The notes under the pieces were generated by a model. It was given only the letters and a program-made list of their open reading frames with translations. It was not told the origin of the DNA and ran no database searches. A DNA stretch of 64,000 nt from Octopus vulgaris (taxonomy: Eukaryota), in assembly GCA_951406725.2 (NCBI GenBank), contig OX597824.1, forward strand, positions 744,001 through 808,000, read 5' to 3'. Of this stretch, positions 1 through 12,126 are shown in pieces. How positions within the stretch are numbered: the stretch's first letter is position 1; the number at the start of each line of letters is the position of its first letter. The position numbers and the translations under genes are program-made.

Positions 1-209
1 CCCTGCTGCAATTCCATTATATTGTTGCTTCAGTATGTAACAATTCTCTCTCAACGAATTTTAGTTACGTCAGTCTTTTAGACTAAGACGTCCAACCAAG
101 TACCGTTACACGGTAACTCAATTTGCTAGACATGACAGCTATATTCCCTTCGAAATACATTCAATACCGTTTTAAAACCGGAGATGGTGGACTTTGTAGT
201 CGAGGTTAT

Positions 210-758
210 ACAAGAAGGGATGTTCATCCATTTCTTACTTCTTTCCTCAAAGCCTTAGAGTTAACTCTGCTGCCTAACATTGAGGACCTGGATAGACAGT
301 GTATTCAATGGAAGGCCATATGTGTTTCAGTAAGACTCTGCACTATCACACATGGTTCTAGTAATACAGGAAAGGATGGCTGAAAATTTTCATGATCACA
401 CAACCCCTAATATTTGGCCTCCTAATTCCCCAGATCTCAATCCATTGGACTATTACATGTGGAGCGTTGTTGAGAGAGAGATCAATGAACATACCCATAA
501 CACCAAAGATTCTTTGAAAGCTGCCATAGTCAGAGTAATGTCCAAAATGAACCAGGACCATTTGATTCGAGCATGTAGATGATTTAAATCTCATATAGAA
601 GCAGTTGTTGAAGCTGAAGGTGGCTTTCTGGAATAACATTATAGAAAAGGTTTATTTTTATCCTCATAGCATTTTTTGATAAATAAAGTTATTATCTGTT
701 ATTATATATCTGAATGTTTATGCACATAAATCTGTCCTCAAATATTTTACACACCCTG
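210..758 (+). mobile_element. Tc1/mariner (maT/DD37D-like) DNA transposon, 3' part with right terminal repeat; transposase disrupted
   Basis: ORF 352-582 contains WPPNSPDLNPLDYYMW (third catalytic D motif). An upstream frame reads like RPYVFQ*DSA. The element ends in ...ACACACCCTG followed by TA (759-760), a typical Tc1/mariner terminus. Confidence 0.85.
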
Positions 759-958
759 TACATGCATGCCTGCGTGTACGTTTGTATGTATGTATTCTGC
801 ATAGTCATGTGTCTGTATGTTCATGTTTGTTTGTGTGTATGTGTGTGTGTGTGTGTGTGTGCCTGCCTGTCCGTATTACCTATCTGTCTGTCTATCTGTT
901 TACTTACATATCTATTTAGCTACTTACCTACCTACCTACCTACCTACCTACATATCTC

Positions 959-1014
<56 letters not shown>

Positions 1015-1477
1015 ATAGGATTAGCTCGTATACGAGTAGGTATATATTTGTAAAAAATGAAGTTCGAAAATGCTGCTGTATTATACAATTTTTAATTTTT
1101 ATATATATACATTATAACATGTTTCAGTTCCTGAAATGAACTTTATCAAAAAAAGTTATATATAAAAAGAGACAGCTCATGCCGTCAAACACAAGAAATT
1201 CATTTATAATACACAACGGAGTCAGACATCTTAGAGTTCATGTATAGTTGATATATAGTTCATGTATAGTTGATATATAGTTTGAAGTATATGTTCAAAG
1301 TGTTCGATGCAGTGGCCCACGGTGGCGATACGTATTCAATACAAAAAACAGATCAAAGTGGTGGAAAGCGGTCAATACAGAAGATTGATGTTTCCGAAAG
1401 AGCGAGGAATTCATTTTTACCTTAAGCAAATGTGATGACCCATGGTGGTTCAGCGAACATCCACCATGGGTCATCAC

Positions 1478-1878
1478 ATGATAACTGCATGGTATGCAAG
1501 ATTAACTGTAGAACTAGGAATGTCGTCTACAGTATAAGATGCATAGAACGTGCTTGTAAAGACAAGAACATGATATACATAGGTGAGACATCTAGGAACA
1601 TTGCGGAAAGACTAGATGAACATCTGAGACTAAATGACGACCAAAACAGCCCTCCATACCCTACCAACATACCAAGGACCAACATGGAGGCACACTGGGT
1701 CAACTTAACATCCACATTTTATCCAAGCACCCGAAGGATCCAACACTGAGACAAATACAGGCGTGCGTCTTCATAAATGAAACATCCCCAGTACTGAATA
1801 GGAAATATACGTAGAAGGTAGTCATACCCCAATACCCACAGTTTATATATACACAGGTAGAGTTGTTAGTAGGCAAAT
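1478..1878 (+). repeat. Inverted duplicate of the GIY-YIG/3' segment (2131-2531)
   Basis: About 400 bp reverse-complement match. Translations differ only at the end (IQH vs IKH). Confidence 0.9.
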
Positions 1879-2082
1879 ATATATATATATATATATGTTA
1901 TATGTTGTTAGTATATATATATATATATATATATATTTCTTGTGTTTGACGGCATGAGCTGTCTTTTTTTATATATAACTTTTTTTGATAAAGTTCATTT
2001 CAGGAACTGAAACATGTTATAATGTATATATATATAAATTAAAAATTGTATAATACAGCAGCATTTTCGAACTTCATTTTTT

Positions 2083-2135
<53 letters not shown>

Positions 2136-2199
2136 CCTACTAACAACTCTACCTGTGTATATATAAACTGTGGGTATTGGGGTATGACTACCTTCTACG

Positions 2200-2531
2200 T
2201 ATATTTCCTATTCAGTACTGGGGATGTTTCATTTATGGAGACGCACGCCTGTATTTGTCTCAGTGTTTGATCCTTCGGGTGCTTGGATAAAATGTGGATG
2301 TTAAGTTGACCCAGTGTGCCTCCATGTTGGTCCTTGGTATGTTGGTAGGGTATGGAGGGCTGTTTTGGTCGTCATTTAGTCTCAGATGTTCATCTAGTCT
2401 TTCCGCAATGTTCCTAGATGTCTCACCTATGTATATCATGTTCTTGTCTTTACAAGCACGTTCTATGCATCTTATACTGTAGACGACATTCCTAGTTCTA
2501 CAGTTAATCTTGCATACCATGCAGTTATCAT
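2200..2531 (-). pseudogene. GIY-YIG endonuclease fragment of the Penelope-like element
   Basis: CRTRNVVYSIRC...MIYIGETSRNIAERLDEH matches the PLE GIY-YIG signature (VVY...YIGET.R...R..EH). Confidence 0.85.
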
Positions 2532-2696
2532 TGGTGCATGTGGTATTTTCTCAAAGGAATACGTCCTACGTAGTTGTGACCTGATGGAGGAGTTTGGCCT
2601 CCTTCAAAGCTTTCCTAAATCTTCGGGCTAGTTCTCCTTGAGCAGTGGCCTCTACAAACATCACTCCTTGTTATTTGTCGGTCTTGTACCACGTGG

Positions 2697-3500
2697 TTAC
2701 CCTGTTTGCTTTGTCACAAACTCCTTGTATCCTATTTCATCTTTACTTCTATATCTAGGGCAGGCACCACTAGTTTCATTGCATATGGTGGGGAAAAATC
2801 TGCGAAGGTCATGATTGTCTAGGTAGTTACAGTTATAGCTTAGTTTAAGGAGGAAGCCCAGTTCTCCCGTGATGACTTCGCCGAACTCTACTTCACTCTC
2901 AGATAATCTCAGTGCATTTTCCACAGCAAAATCATCTCCGTCTATAGACGGGCAGAGTGAAACTACATCCATATTACCCGCTACACAACCTGTGAGGTTG
3001 TTGCGGTGGTTGCAACTACTGATTCTACTGAGGAGCTCCTCCGTGCTCACCCAGACATCTGGGGACATTTCAATGAGTGGTCGTAATACCTGTGAGAGGA
3101 AGTAGGATACCCTATAATTGCTGGAGATATTCGGTCCGCAAACTTGCCAGTTTGAGGGCTCCATAACGGTTTACGTAGGATTTATGGTCCTTACGTTTCC
3201 CATATAAGCGTAGGAACATCGTTGTTGAATGCTTGGAAATTTAGTTCTGTCCGTTTCTTTTGGGTTGGAGTATGTCGCACCACATTCCCATTTGAGCATT
3301 GAGGAGATTTTCCACTCTTTCATGTTCCTGTGGTGCAACTTCTCTCATGCTACTGACGGTCTGGACATAGTTCTGTGGGCTGTCGATTGACTCATCCGTG
3401 GGGAGGCACACTAATTCCCTGTTCCTAATTCTCTGCTTCTGTTTTCCTAGGCCTTTGGTTACAGATGAACTGAGATGGTGGGTCCACCCCCACCTCATAT
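2697..3500 (-). pseudogene. Penelope-like reverse transcriptase fragment (frameshifted, internally deleted)
   Basis: ORFs 2697-3164 and 3241-3498 carry LVCLPTD, YGKRKDHK and GNMDVVSLCPSID. I see no YxDD region. Confidence 0.75.
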
Positions 3501-3993
3501 CTTTTAGTGGTTTTGTTGCACCGGTCTAAGATGTGTCGGAGTCTATTTCTAGCTAAGGAGATCTTTGCCTCTGTGTCGCTGTCACTCTCAGTGTCACTGT
3601 CCCACAAACACACAAACACATGAATATGCAGAATACATACATGCATACACATACATACATACGTATATACATACGTACATACATACCTATGTGTATACAC
3701 ATACACACTGGCCTCCACACATGCGCAGAAACAAACAAAAAGAACGCAACTCGGATAAAAGACAGTCAACGACTATTGAAAACGTTGCAAGACGCAACGA
3801 AAATTTTAGAAAAGATAAGAGTGGAAATCGAACCGGTGAGTGTGTTAAGTAATAAGGTACTAAAAGAGAATGACTCTCCCCAGACACAAAATAGGCTTCA
3901 ACACACGACTTCATATAAAGAATCTTGCAAACCAAATACAAAAACGATATATATATTCTTTTATTCTTTTACTTGTTCCAGCCATTTGCTTGC

Positions 3994-4263
3994 ATCAATA
4001 CGAAAAATATACCAACGATAATATGACATTAAATTGTTTAGACTACACACACACACGCGCGCGCACACACACACACACGCACACATACACACGCGCGCAC
4101 ACACACGCACACGCGCATATATATACACATACACATATTCATATGCGTGAGTGTGTGTGTGCAATTATATATATGTGTATGTATGTACGTATGTGTAAAT
4201 GTATGTATGTGTAGTCTAAACTATTTAATGCCATATTACCGTTGGTATATTTTTCGTATTGAT
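3994..4263. repeat. 56-bp inverted repeat flanking a (CA)n/(TG)n tract
   Basis: 3994-4049 is the reverse complement of 4208-4263 with 3 mismatches. Confidence 0.85.
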
Positions 4264-5968
4264 TTTATCAAAGAGACCAAAGAGACATCTGAAGCTGACA
4301 ATGGCGAATCTTGACTTTCGAATCAACAATTTATGGTCGGTATTAAAACGCATTCTCTAGTGTTAGCCACGAAAGGACTTAAATGAGTTAAAAGTAGGCA
4401 GTCGTAGTAGCAGCAGTGGAACAAATTATTGTTTAAACTTTTGACTAAGAAAGTATTTACTTTATAGAAAGCAAGAGAACAGCTTTTCTGTAGATTATCT
4501 CGGAATGGGTGGAAGTGTTGGATAAGGCGAGAGGACACTGATATTAATAAATTGGTTTGTTTTTAACTCAAGCTTTCTAAAAGAATGTCATATCTTTATG
4601 AAGTATTTACTGAGCTTTTCCGTTCTTTAACCTCCCCTCTCTCTCTCTCTCTCTCTCTTCTCCCTCTCGCTCAATTTTAAATCCAATTCTATTTGTCGTC
4701 GCTGGTGCTCAACCTGAGGCCAGTTCTTCTGATAGATGAGATATTTGATCAAAGACGTTCCAGCTGTGACCACCGCGTGTTTTGACTATCAGACATAATA
4801 TCATTCAAAAATACATTATCAAATTTCTTTTCTCCTTTACAGACGGTGGGTCAGTGTCTAAAAGAAATTCGACTGCCATTCCTCGCAGTTCGAACTATCA
4901 GACAGAGGCAATTACTTACAGAATTTTTTGGGTTCATTTTAGAACGACAGTTTTACAACCGGAAGTCGTGCCTCATTGATAGCGTTTTTATCTTGGTTCA
5001 AGTCTATCGGGGAAAGCAGAAATCGAAAGTGCAACCTAACGAAGGAAGTAAATTCAAACAGTGCAGTCACTGCATACAGCTGCATCTTCTACTTCGACGC
5101 AGAAATATCCGTTTGCATTCGGGTGGGTTTGGACGAAGCAAATTACAATCCACGACCCAAACGTTTGCTACTTGTTTCATACTCAAACACCCGGGTTACC
5201 CGTCAGTCGAAATTAGTCTATCATTATTAGCATTACTACTTTCCATTTTCTCCCCCTCTCTCTCTCCCTCTCTCTATGTCCCTCTCTCTCTCTGCACATA
5301 CACATGCACGTGTACTTTACAAGCCGTACACCAAATACTCTTGACTTTTAGCAATGAAAGGACTCACGCCACCACCATCATCACATCCATCACCACTACA
5401 ACCTCAACCACCACTACAACCTCAACCACTTCTACTATCATTACAGCTCATCACCAGCCTCACTCTCAGAATATCACACTGTTCAATTGCGTGAGATAAA
5501 TGTTATTATCGGTTTTAATTTTGCTCCTTGCAAGAAATCAAATTTGCAGTCAAAGACGGACGATAGAATCTAACATGAACGTCATTCGCTATTTGTGCAA
5601 GCAGCGCAGCGGAATTAAAATGGTTTTAATCAGGAAGCGATATCGGGTCATGGACTTTGTTAAACTCTTCCTTGTTTAACTCTTGCTGAACGGCATTTGC
5701 CACCCAAGAAGTATCTAATGCCTTACTTATAAAGATGGCAGGCTGTACTTTGAAGAAGATTTAGGTTATTATTTCTAGCATGTCAACTGACCATGGAGAT
5801 GCTTCCTTTGCTAGTTTAGAAAGACCTGGTGATAGTCATCTTTATATAAGTTGCTAGAATGGCAGCATGGCTGAGAGCCAGATTAAATATGCTCTGAAAG
5901 TTCGCATTTGAATTAATTTGATAGAAAGAGTGAAAAAAATCCAATATTTCACGTCATTATTATTGTTA

Positions 5969-6170
5969 AGGCAGCGAGATGCCAGAAACGTCAGCACTCC
6001 GGGCGAAATTCTTAGCTGTATTTCGCCTGTCGCTACGTTCTGAGTTCAAATTCCGTCAAGGTCGATTTTGCCTTTCATCCTTTCGGGGCCGATAAATTAA
6101 GTACCAGTTATGCACTGGGGTCGATGAAATGAACTAGTTCCCTCCCTCAAATTTCTAACTATAGTAGACA
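5969..6170 (+). mobile_element. tRNA-derived SINE, family A (Meta-domain-like core)
   Basis: Box B GAGTTCAAATTC followed by the core GCCTTTCATCCTTTCGGGGCCGATAAATTAAGTACCAG, which recurs many times in the window. Confidence 0.8.
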
Positions 6171-6981
6171 GGACTGTTGTTGTTATAACAATAATTATGG
6201 TGACGATTTCATATTCTCTCTTTCAAAACATCCAGTTTATTGTTCTACCTGGTGGTAGAATTTGACTGACATAACAAAAACTCATTAGTCTTCCTATTCA
6301 CCTTTGTTATATTTCATGAGTGTGATCTGGTACCACGTACCATGCTTTCTTTAGTTGTTTAAGGTGCCTGTGCTGTTACGAGCAGACGATAGATACTTTC
6401 TACACCAGCAATAGGCTGGTGATTATACTAATTTTCAGCTGAGTTGATTAAAGCTGCACCAAATAAAAAGTAAGGTGTTCAAGGGCATAACTGGAGCAAC
6501 GTAAAATTAAAGTGATCAACCGCTACAAGACTCGAACCAACGATCTTATGAGTATGAAGTCAATAACTTAACCGCTAGGCCACCCAGATTCTCGACGCAT
6601 TCAATTTCAAAAGCATTCAATTCAGCTGCTGGTTGCTTCTTAAAGGCGGTGATAGAGATTTAGCTTTTGATGTAAAATTTTTTCTTTAAAATTATATTGT
6701 CATTATTTTCTTTAAATATTTTTCAATTGAACATTTTTTCCCTTAATCGACATGCAAAAGATGTTAAAAACTTCGTTAATTAGAGAGAAAAGAAACGATG
6801 TTCAAAACGAAAAGTATTTTAAAATAGGAAAATTCATAAAAGTAATAAATAAATTTTAAATGAAATTTTCTTTTTATATAAAAACATGAATCTCCACCAT
6901 CGCCGCTTCCGGTATGCATGCATGCATGCATGTATGTATGTATGTATGTATGTATGTATGTATGTATGTATGTATGTATTA

Positions 6982-7024
<43 letters not shown>

Positions 7025-7032
<8 letters not shown>

Positions 7033-7342
7033 ATGTTACATTACTCGGTAGTCAAGATAAAACTCTGAGTTTCAGATGCCGAAGTGGAAATCCACAACAC
7101 CATCTCTTCGGTTATCTGGCTATTTGAAAACGTTATGAAAAGAAAAAAAAAAAAAATTTTTTTCGTAACGTTTTCAAATAGCCAGATAACCGAAGAGATG
7201 GTGTTGTGGATTTCCACTTCGGCATCTGAAACTCAGAGTTTTATCTTGACTACCGAGTAATGTAACATATTGTATAGATAAATTTCCTCTATTTACATAA
7301 TATTGAGGTCTCTTTCTTTCTTTTGTTATTTTACCGTTTTAT

Positions 7343-7346
<4 letters not shown>
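7025..7346 (+). mobile_element. Fold-back mini-element in (TA)n (probable Penelope pLTR remnant with inverted 5' end)
   Basis: 116-bp arms at 7025-7140 and 7161-7276 (1 mismatch) around an A/T run, then a unique tail to 7346. (TA)n on both sides. Confidence 0.75.
7184..7246 (+). ncRNA. Minimal type I hammerhead ribozyme candidate
   Basis: Stem I AGATAA/TTATCT; core CCGAAGA; stem II GATG..GTGG/CCAC..CATC; GAAAC; stem III ACTC-A-GAGT; GUU triplet. Confidence 0.6.
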
Positions 7347-7383
<37 letters not shown>

Positions 7384-7496
7384 TTTACAAAGTAATTATT
7401 TTGTTATACATCTGGTCAGCTGTCATAGACAAGGAAATTCTAGGTAAGGCAGAGCTTTGATGTTTAAGCCAGTGAAGTGAATCTTTTGTTCTTCTT

Positions 7497-7532
<36 letters not shown>

Positions 7533-7699
7533 CAGAGTGTATGTATATATATTTTCGATTGTCTTTTGTGACTTCTTTTTATCTTCATATTTGCGTTTTT
7601 TAATCTTCTTCCTGTTACACAAATTGATATCAGTTTTTTTTCTTTCTGTTAGTCTCGTTCTGTTTCTTTTCCATTCACCGTTTTAATCTACCTTTCTTC

Positions 7700-7836
7700 T
7701 TTATTTGATTTCCAATCACATGGTGCCAGGTTCAATCCCATTGCATGGCGCTTTGGTCAAGTCTCTTCTACCACATACACGGGCCGACCAAAGCCTTGTC
7801 AGTGGATTTGTTGGACAGAAACTGAAAGAAACTGTC

Positions 7837-7891
<55 letters not shown>

Positions 7892-8222
7892 TATATATAT
7901 ACATATGTATGCATGTGCGTGTGTGTATATATATATATATGTATATATGTATGTATATATATATACACACATATGTATGTATGTTTTTGTGCGTTTGTGT
8001 GCACGTATCTTTCTATTTGTGTTTGTTCCTCACAACCGCTTGACGATCGGATGTAGTTTATTAACGTCCCCGTAACTTAGCGGTTCAGTAAAAGAGACAT
8101 ATAGACTAGGGAGCAGACTTTAAAAAATAAACTCTGGAATTGACATATTCGACTAAAATGTCCTCAAGGCGGTGCCCCAACATGGTCGCTGTCAAATGAC
8201 TGAAACCAGTAAATGATAAAAG
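7700..8222 (+). mobile_element. SINE family B (CORE-like) with internal microsatellite
   Basis: GGTTCAATCCC box B, then GGGCCGACCAAAGCCTTGTCAGTGGATTTG, a (TA)/(TG) tract, and a 3' part CCCGTAACTTAGCGGTTC...TGACTGAAAC shared with other copies. Confidence 0.8.
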
Positions 8223-8395
8223 ATATATACGTACATATGCGCATGCGTATATTTTCAGTACCCCCCCACGTTCATATAAAGGATAAATTAGGATTAACTT
8301 TGAAATCTCATTTAGTTTCCCTATTACTTCACCACGAAACTCTAGGCCTTTAAGTTGTTGATGCTCCTTCCTCGATATAATTCAAGATTGGTTTT

Positions 8396-8603
8396 AAATT
8401 TTGACACAAGGCCAGCAATTTGGAAGAGTGGATAATTCGATTACATCAACCCCACTACTCAACTGGTACTTTATTTTATCAACTTCGAAAGGATGAAAGG
8501 CAAAATCAACCTCGGCGGAATTTGAACTCAAAACGTAAAGAGGGATGAAATGCCGTCAAGCGTCTTGTCCAACCGTGCTAACAATTCTGCCAGCCCGTGG
8601 CCT
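8396..8603 (-). mobile_element. SINE family A
   Basis: Reverse complement of the family A core (CTGGTACTT...GGATGAAAGGC...GGAATTTGAACTC). Confidence 0.8.
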
Positions 8604-8732
8604 AAAAGTAAGAGATCATTTTGAAAGCCTTTGGAATTTGTTTTTCGCGTTTTAGGAAACCGAGAATTTTACCACCGACTTTCTCGCCCCATTCCGGGAT
8701 AAATTCTGCAAAAAAGAGGCTTTTTTTTTTAC

Positions 8733-8958
8733 TATTTTACTCTTTTACTTGTTTCAGTCATTTGACTGCGGCCATGCTGGAGCACCGCCTTTAGTCAAGC
8801 AAATCGACCCCAGGACTTATTCTTTGTAAGCCTAGTACTTATTCTATCGGTATCTTTTGCGAACCGCTAAGTTACATGGACGTAAACACCATCATCGGTT
8901 GTCAAGCGATGTTGGGGGACAAACACAGACACACAAACATATACGCGCACACACACAT

Positions 8959-8990
<32 letters not shown>

Positions 8991-9205
8991 ACTCACACAC
9001 CCACACACATACACACACACATATATATATATATACATAAATACGACAGGCTTCTTTCAGTTTCCGTCTATCAAATCCACTCACAAGATTTTGGTTGGCC
9101 CGAAGCTATAGTAGAAGACACTTGCCTAAGGTGCCCCGCAGTGGGACTGAACCCGGAACCATGTGGTTGGTAAGCAAGCTACTACCACACAGCCTCTCCT
9201 GCGCT
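8733..9205 (-). mobile_element. SINE family B, near full length
   Basis: Reverse-complement match to 7700-8222 with a tRNA-like head at about 9130-9205. Confidence 0.85.
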
Positions 9206-10299
9206 TGATTTTTATAACATTCCTCATCCATTTCTTCTCTTTTCCCTGAAGTTGTTTCAATTGTCGCTTCTTTTGATCCCCTTCGATGGCTAAGATGGGT
9301 TTTTATAAAATGTCGGAGGAGTTGTCATTGTGGTTCGATCTGTTGTTTCCCCACTTTAAATGAATATTCACATCAACATATTATTTTGTCTCTTATTGTG
9401 GAACCGTGCTTAAGCTCGAAGCACAAAGTGTAAGATTGATCTCATTGCTTCTTATTTTTCTTAAACTTCATTCGAAAACACTCTTTAGTCTGTGTTTGTT
9501 TGCATTATTGCATCTGCATCTGCCACCACTGTAGCGAGCACGTCTTTGTCCACTGTCCTCCCGAAGTGGACACCATTGAACGGATGCAAGATGTGTAAAT
9601 AGCCGAAAATATGTAAACAGTTAAAAAAAAAACGCTCAAAGACAAACTTTTATTTTTTTGAATACCGTGGGTAATGAAGTTCGCTCTCAAACAAAAAGCT
9701 TTCTCTTCGTAAAACCGGAACAACAGAAAAATAAAACATAAAGGACACATTTTTTTCATAAGAAAATCTGTTTAAAAATTACTTTTTCTCTGAAATTCCC
9801 ATTCTTCTTTTGCCTAAAGTTGACCCATGTCTCGTATTTCTTTTTAGATTGCAGCGCTAGCAAACAATGAACCGCTGTTGTGGCTGCTTTTTATTTTCTT
9901 TTATTTTGCTCAGTAAGTTTGTTTTGTGGCATTTTTTCTTTTCCACTTGTCAATTTCTAAATGTGTCTACGACTCTATTCATCTGCCATTTTTTTCTTCT
10001 GGTTATCATTGCTTTTAAACTTGTGTTTTTTCTTTGCTGTTTGCAAAAGGTTTGGGGCGTATTCACCTCTACCTTTTTATGGCTGGCATCTCCTCTCGCT
10101 ACTCTAGACACGAACACATTGCACTAATAAACGACAAAACGAAATGAGTGTTTGCAAAAGTATTTGTATACAACAGAAATACCTCAGGACGAACCCATTT
10201 CTCTACCCAGGAGTGAACGTGCAAATATTCTGACATCCTTTTATCCATTAGCCATCAAGTAACCTCGAATTATTCAGAACAAAATAACAACAGTAACTG

Positions 10300-10685
10300 T
10301 TTCTAACATAGGTACAAAACCCGAAACTGAGGAAGTAGAGCAACCGATTACGTCGACATTGAGTACTTGTCCAATACTTGATTTCAGCGACTCTAGAGGG
10401 GAAAAAAGGTAAAGTTAAGCCTGATGGAATTTGAACCCAGAAAGGAAAGCACCTTGACAGATACGGCAGAGTATTGTTCCGGTGCTCTAATGATTTTAAC
10501 AACATAAAATTCCAACAATGACACCAACACTTTGGATAAAATGCTTAGCGGTATTTTATTCGTCTTCACATTCTGAGTTCAAATTCCGCAGAGGTCGACT
10601 TTGCTTTTTATCCTATCGGGGTCGATACGGGGTCGATGTAATCGACTTAGTCCCTCCCTCGAAATTGCTGGCCTTCTGCCAAAAG
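10300..10685. mobile_element. Two oppositely oriented family A SINEs (about 10300-10500 minus, 10530-10685 plus)
   Basis: GGAATTTGAACCCAG on the left and CTGAGTTCAAATTCC...GGTCGAT on the right. Confidence 0.65.
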
Positions 10686-10688
10686 GAC

Positions 10689-10753
<65 letters not shown>

Positions 10754-10754
<1 letters not shown>

Positions 10755-11200
10755 GTGAGAGCAGTTCATGCCATCAAAGTGACACTGGGGAAAAATATAC
10801 GAAGCCCAGCACAGCCATCATAACTACTCGGCTGATAAGGGTACACCAAACACATGTATCACAATCATGTGTGCGCGACATATCAAGATAAACAGCGACT
10901 GACCTTGCAGGTGGGACCAAGTTAGAATTTTCTTCAGGTTGAGTAACCCATCCTGCTCAAAAGGTCCTTGAATAAGAGTTGTTTAAGGATATTGAACGAA
11001 ACACCCATGTTTCCAGAGGTAAATTATTCAAACTCCAAAGAATTCCTTTTAACCCAAGGCTATGATGCTCCCCCACAACATCTGCTCGTGATCGGAGATG
11101 CACATATCATTAGCCACTAAGGGACATGATCAACTATTTATGGTCAAACAACTGACAGGCAAATCTGTGGTATTGAGCCGAATAATATCTGCTGTAGCCC
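10754..11200 (-). repeat. Interspersed repeat family D (probable retroposon 3' end with (TAA)n tail), copy 1
   Basis: GTGAGAGCAG..ATGCCATCAAAGTGACA...CCACTAAGGGACATG is shared with 49020-49572 and 60378-60772. It abuts (TTA)n. Confidence 0.8.
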
Positions 11201-12079
11201 TTCTTCTTCTTCTTCTTCTTCTTCTTCTTCTTCTTCTTCTTCTTCTTCTTCTTCTTCTTCTTCTTCTTCTTCTTCTTCTTCTTCTTCTTCTTCTTCTTCT
11301 ATCCGTTTGCTACTTTTCAATGCGCTTCATATGTTTTCTTTTCAATTTTTTTTTCTTTTAGATTTTGTTGCAAAATACTTCTTTTAGCTTTACCGTTATG
11401 TCAGAACTTTAAATGCCTTTGATGGAAAATGGACATTGTTGCTTTCTTTTTTTGTTTTATTCTTAACAATTTCCAACCCCACGCTCTTTCTCTGACATTT
11501 TGACATTCCAAGTTCACAATATCTGAAGAGAAACAATATTACAGTTTGAACAACAGTAAAAATCCTCTTAAAATAAGGAAATTAGTTGACACAGGAAATA
11601 AATAAAATAAATTGTGGAACAAATAAAAAAAAGGAATTATCAACATGTTGTGGAATATCTTATAGAGTTGACGGGGAGCACCTGAGACACCTGAGGCACC
11701 GAGTTTGTGTCTATTGATAGACATCGACAAAAAGTTCTCAGCAACCTCTAGATCCGCATTCCAATAGCGCCACTTGACGTGTTTTTCGAACAAGGAAATC
11801 TGTGCGTAGACAAGGCCCACGTGGGAGTTTTTACGTGGTTCGTGGGCCTGTCTGTGTGTCTCTGTGTGTGTCTGTATGTCTGTGTGTCTATCGTGTGTGT
11901 GTGTGTGTGTGTGTCAATGTAAGTGCATCGGGGTGAGCTGAATCAAATCGGAGCGTCGAACAGAAAAGTTTCAGTTTTCATTTCCGCTCGGTTACATCCT
12001 TTCACTCCAAACTTAACTTGCCTTTCACCACATATGAGCGACATAGAATAAGTACCAGTCAGATTACTTCACTGTGTGT

Positions 12080-12126
<47 letters not shown>

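Larger units (their letters stand above)
1041..3580 (-). mobile_element. Rearranged Penelope-like retroelement (RT + GIY-YIG) with inverted terminal duplications
   Basis: Minus-strand RT motifs YGKRKDHK, VCGPNISSNYRVSYFLSQVLRPLI and MDVVSLCPSID, plus a GIY-YIG domain. Inverted copies at 1478-1878/2131-2531 and 1041-1199/1935-2093, with (TA)n at the junctions. Confidence 0.85.
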
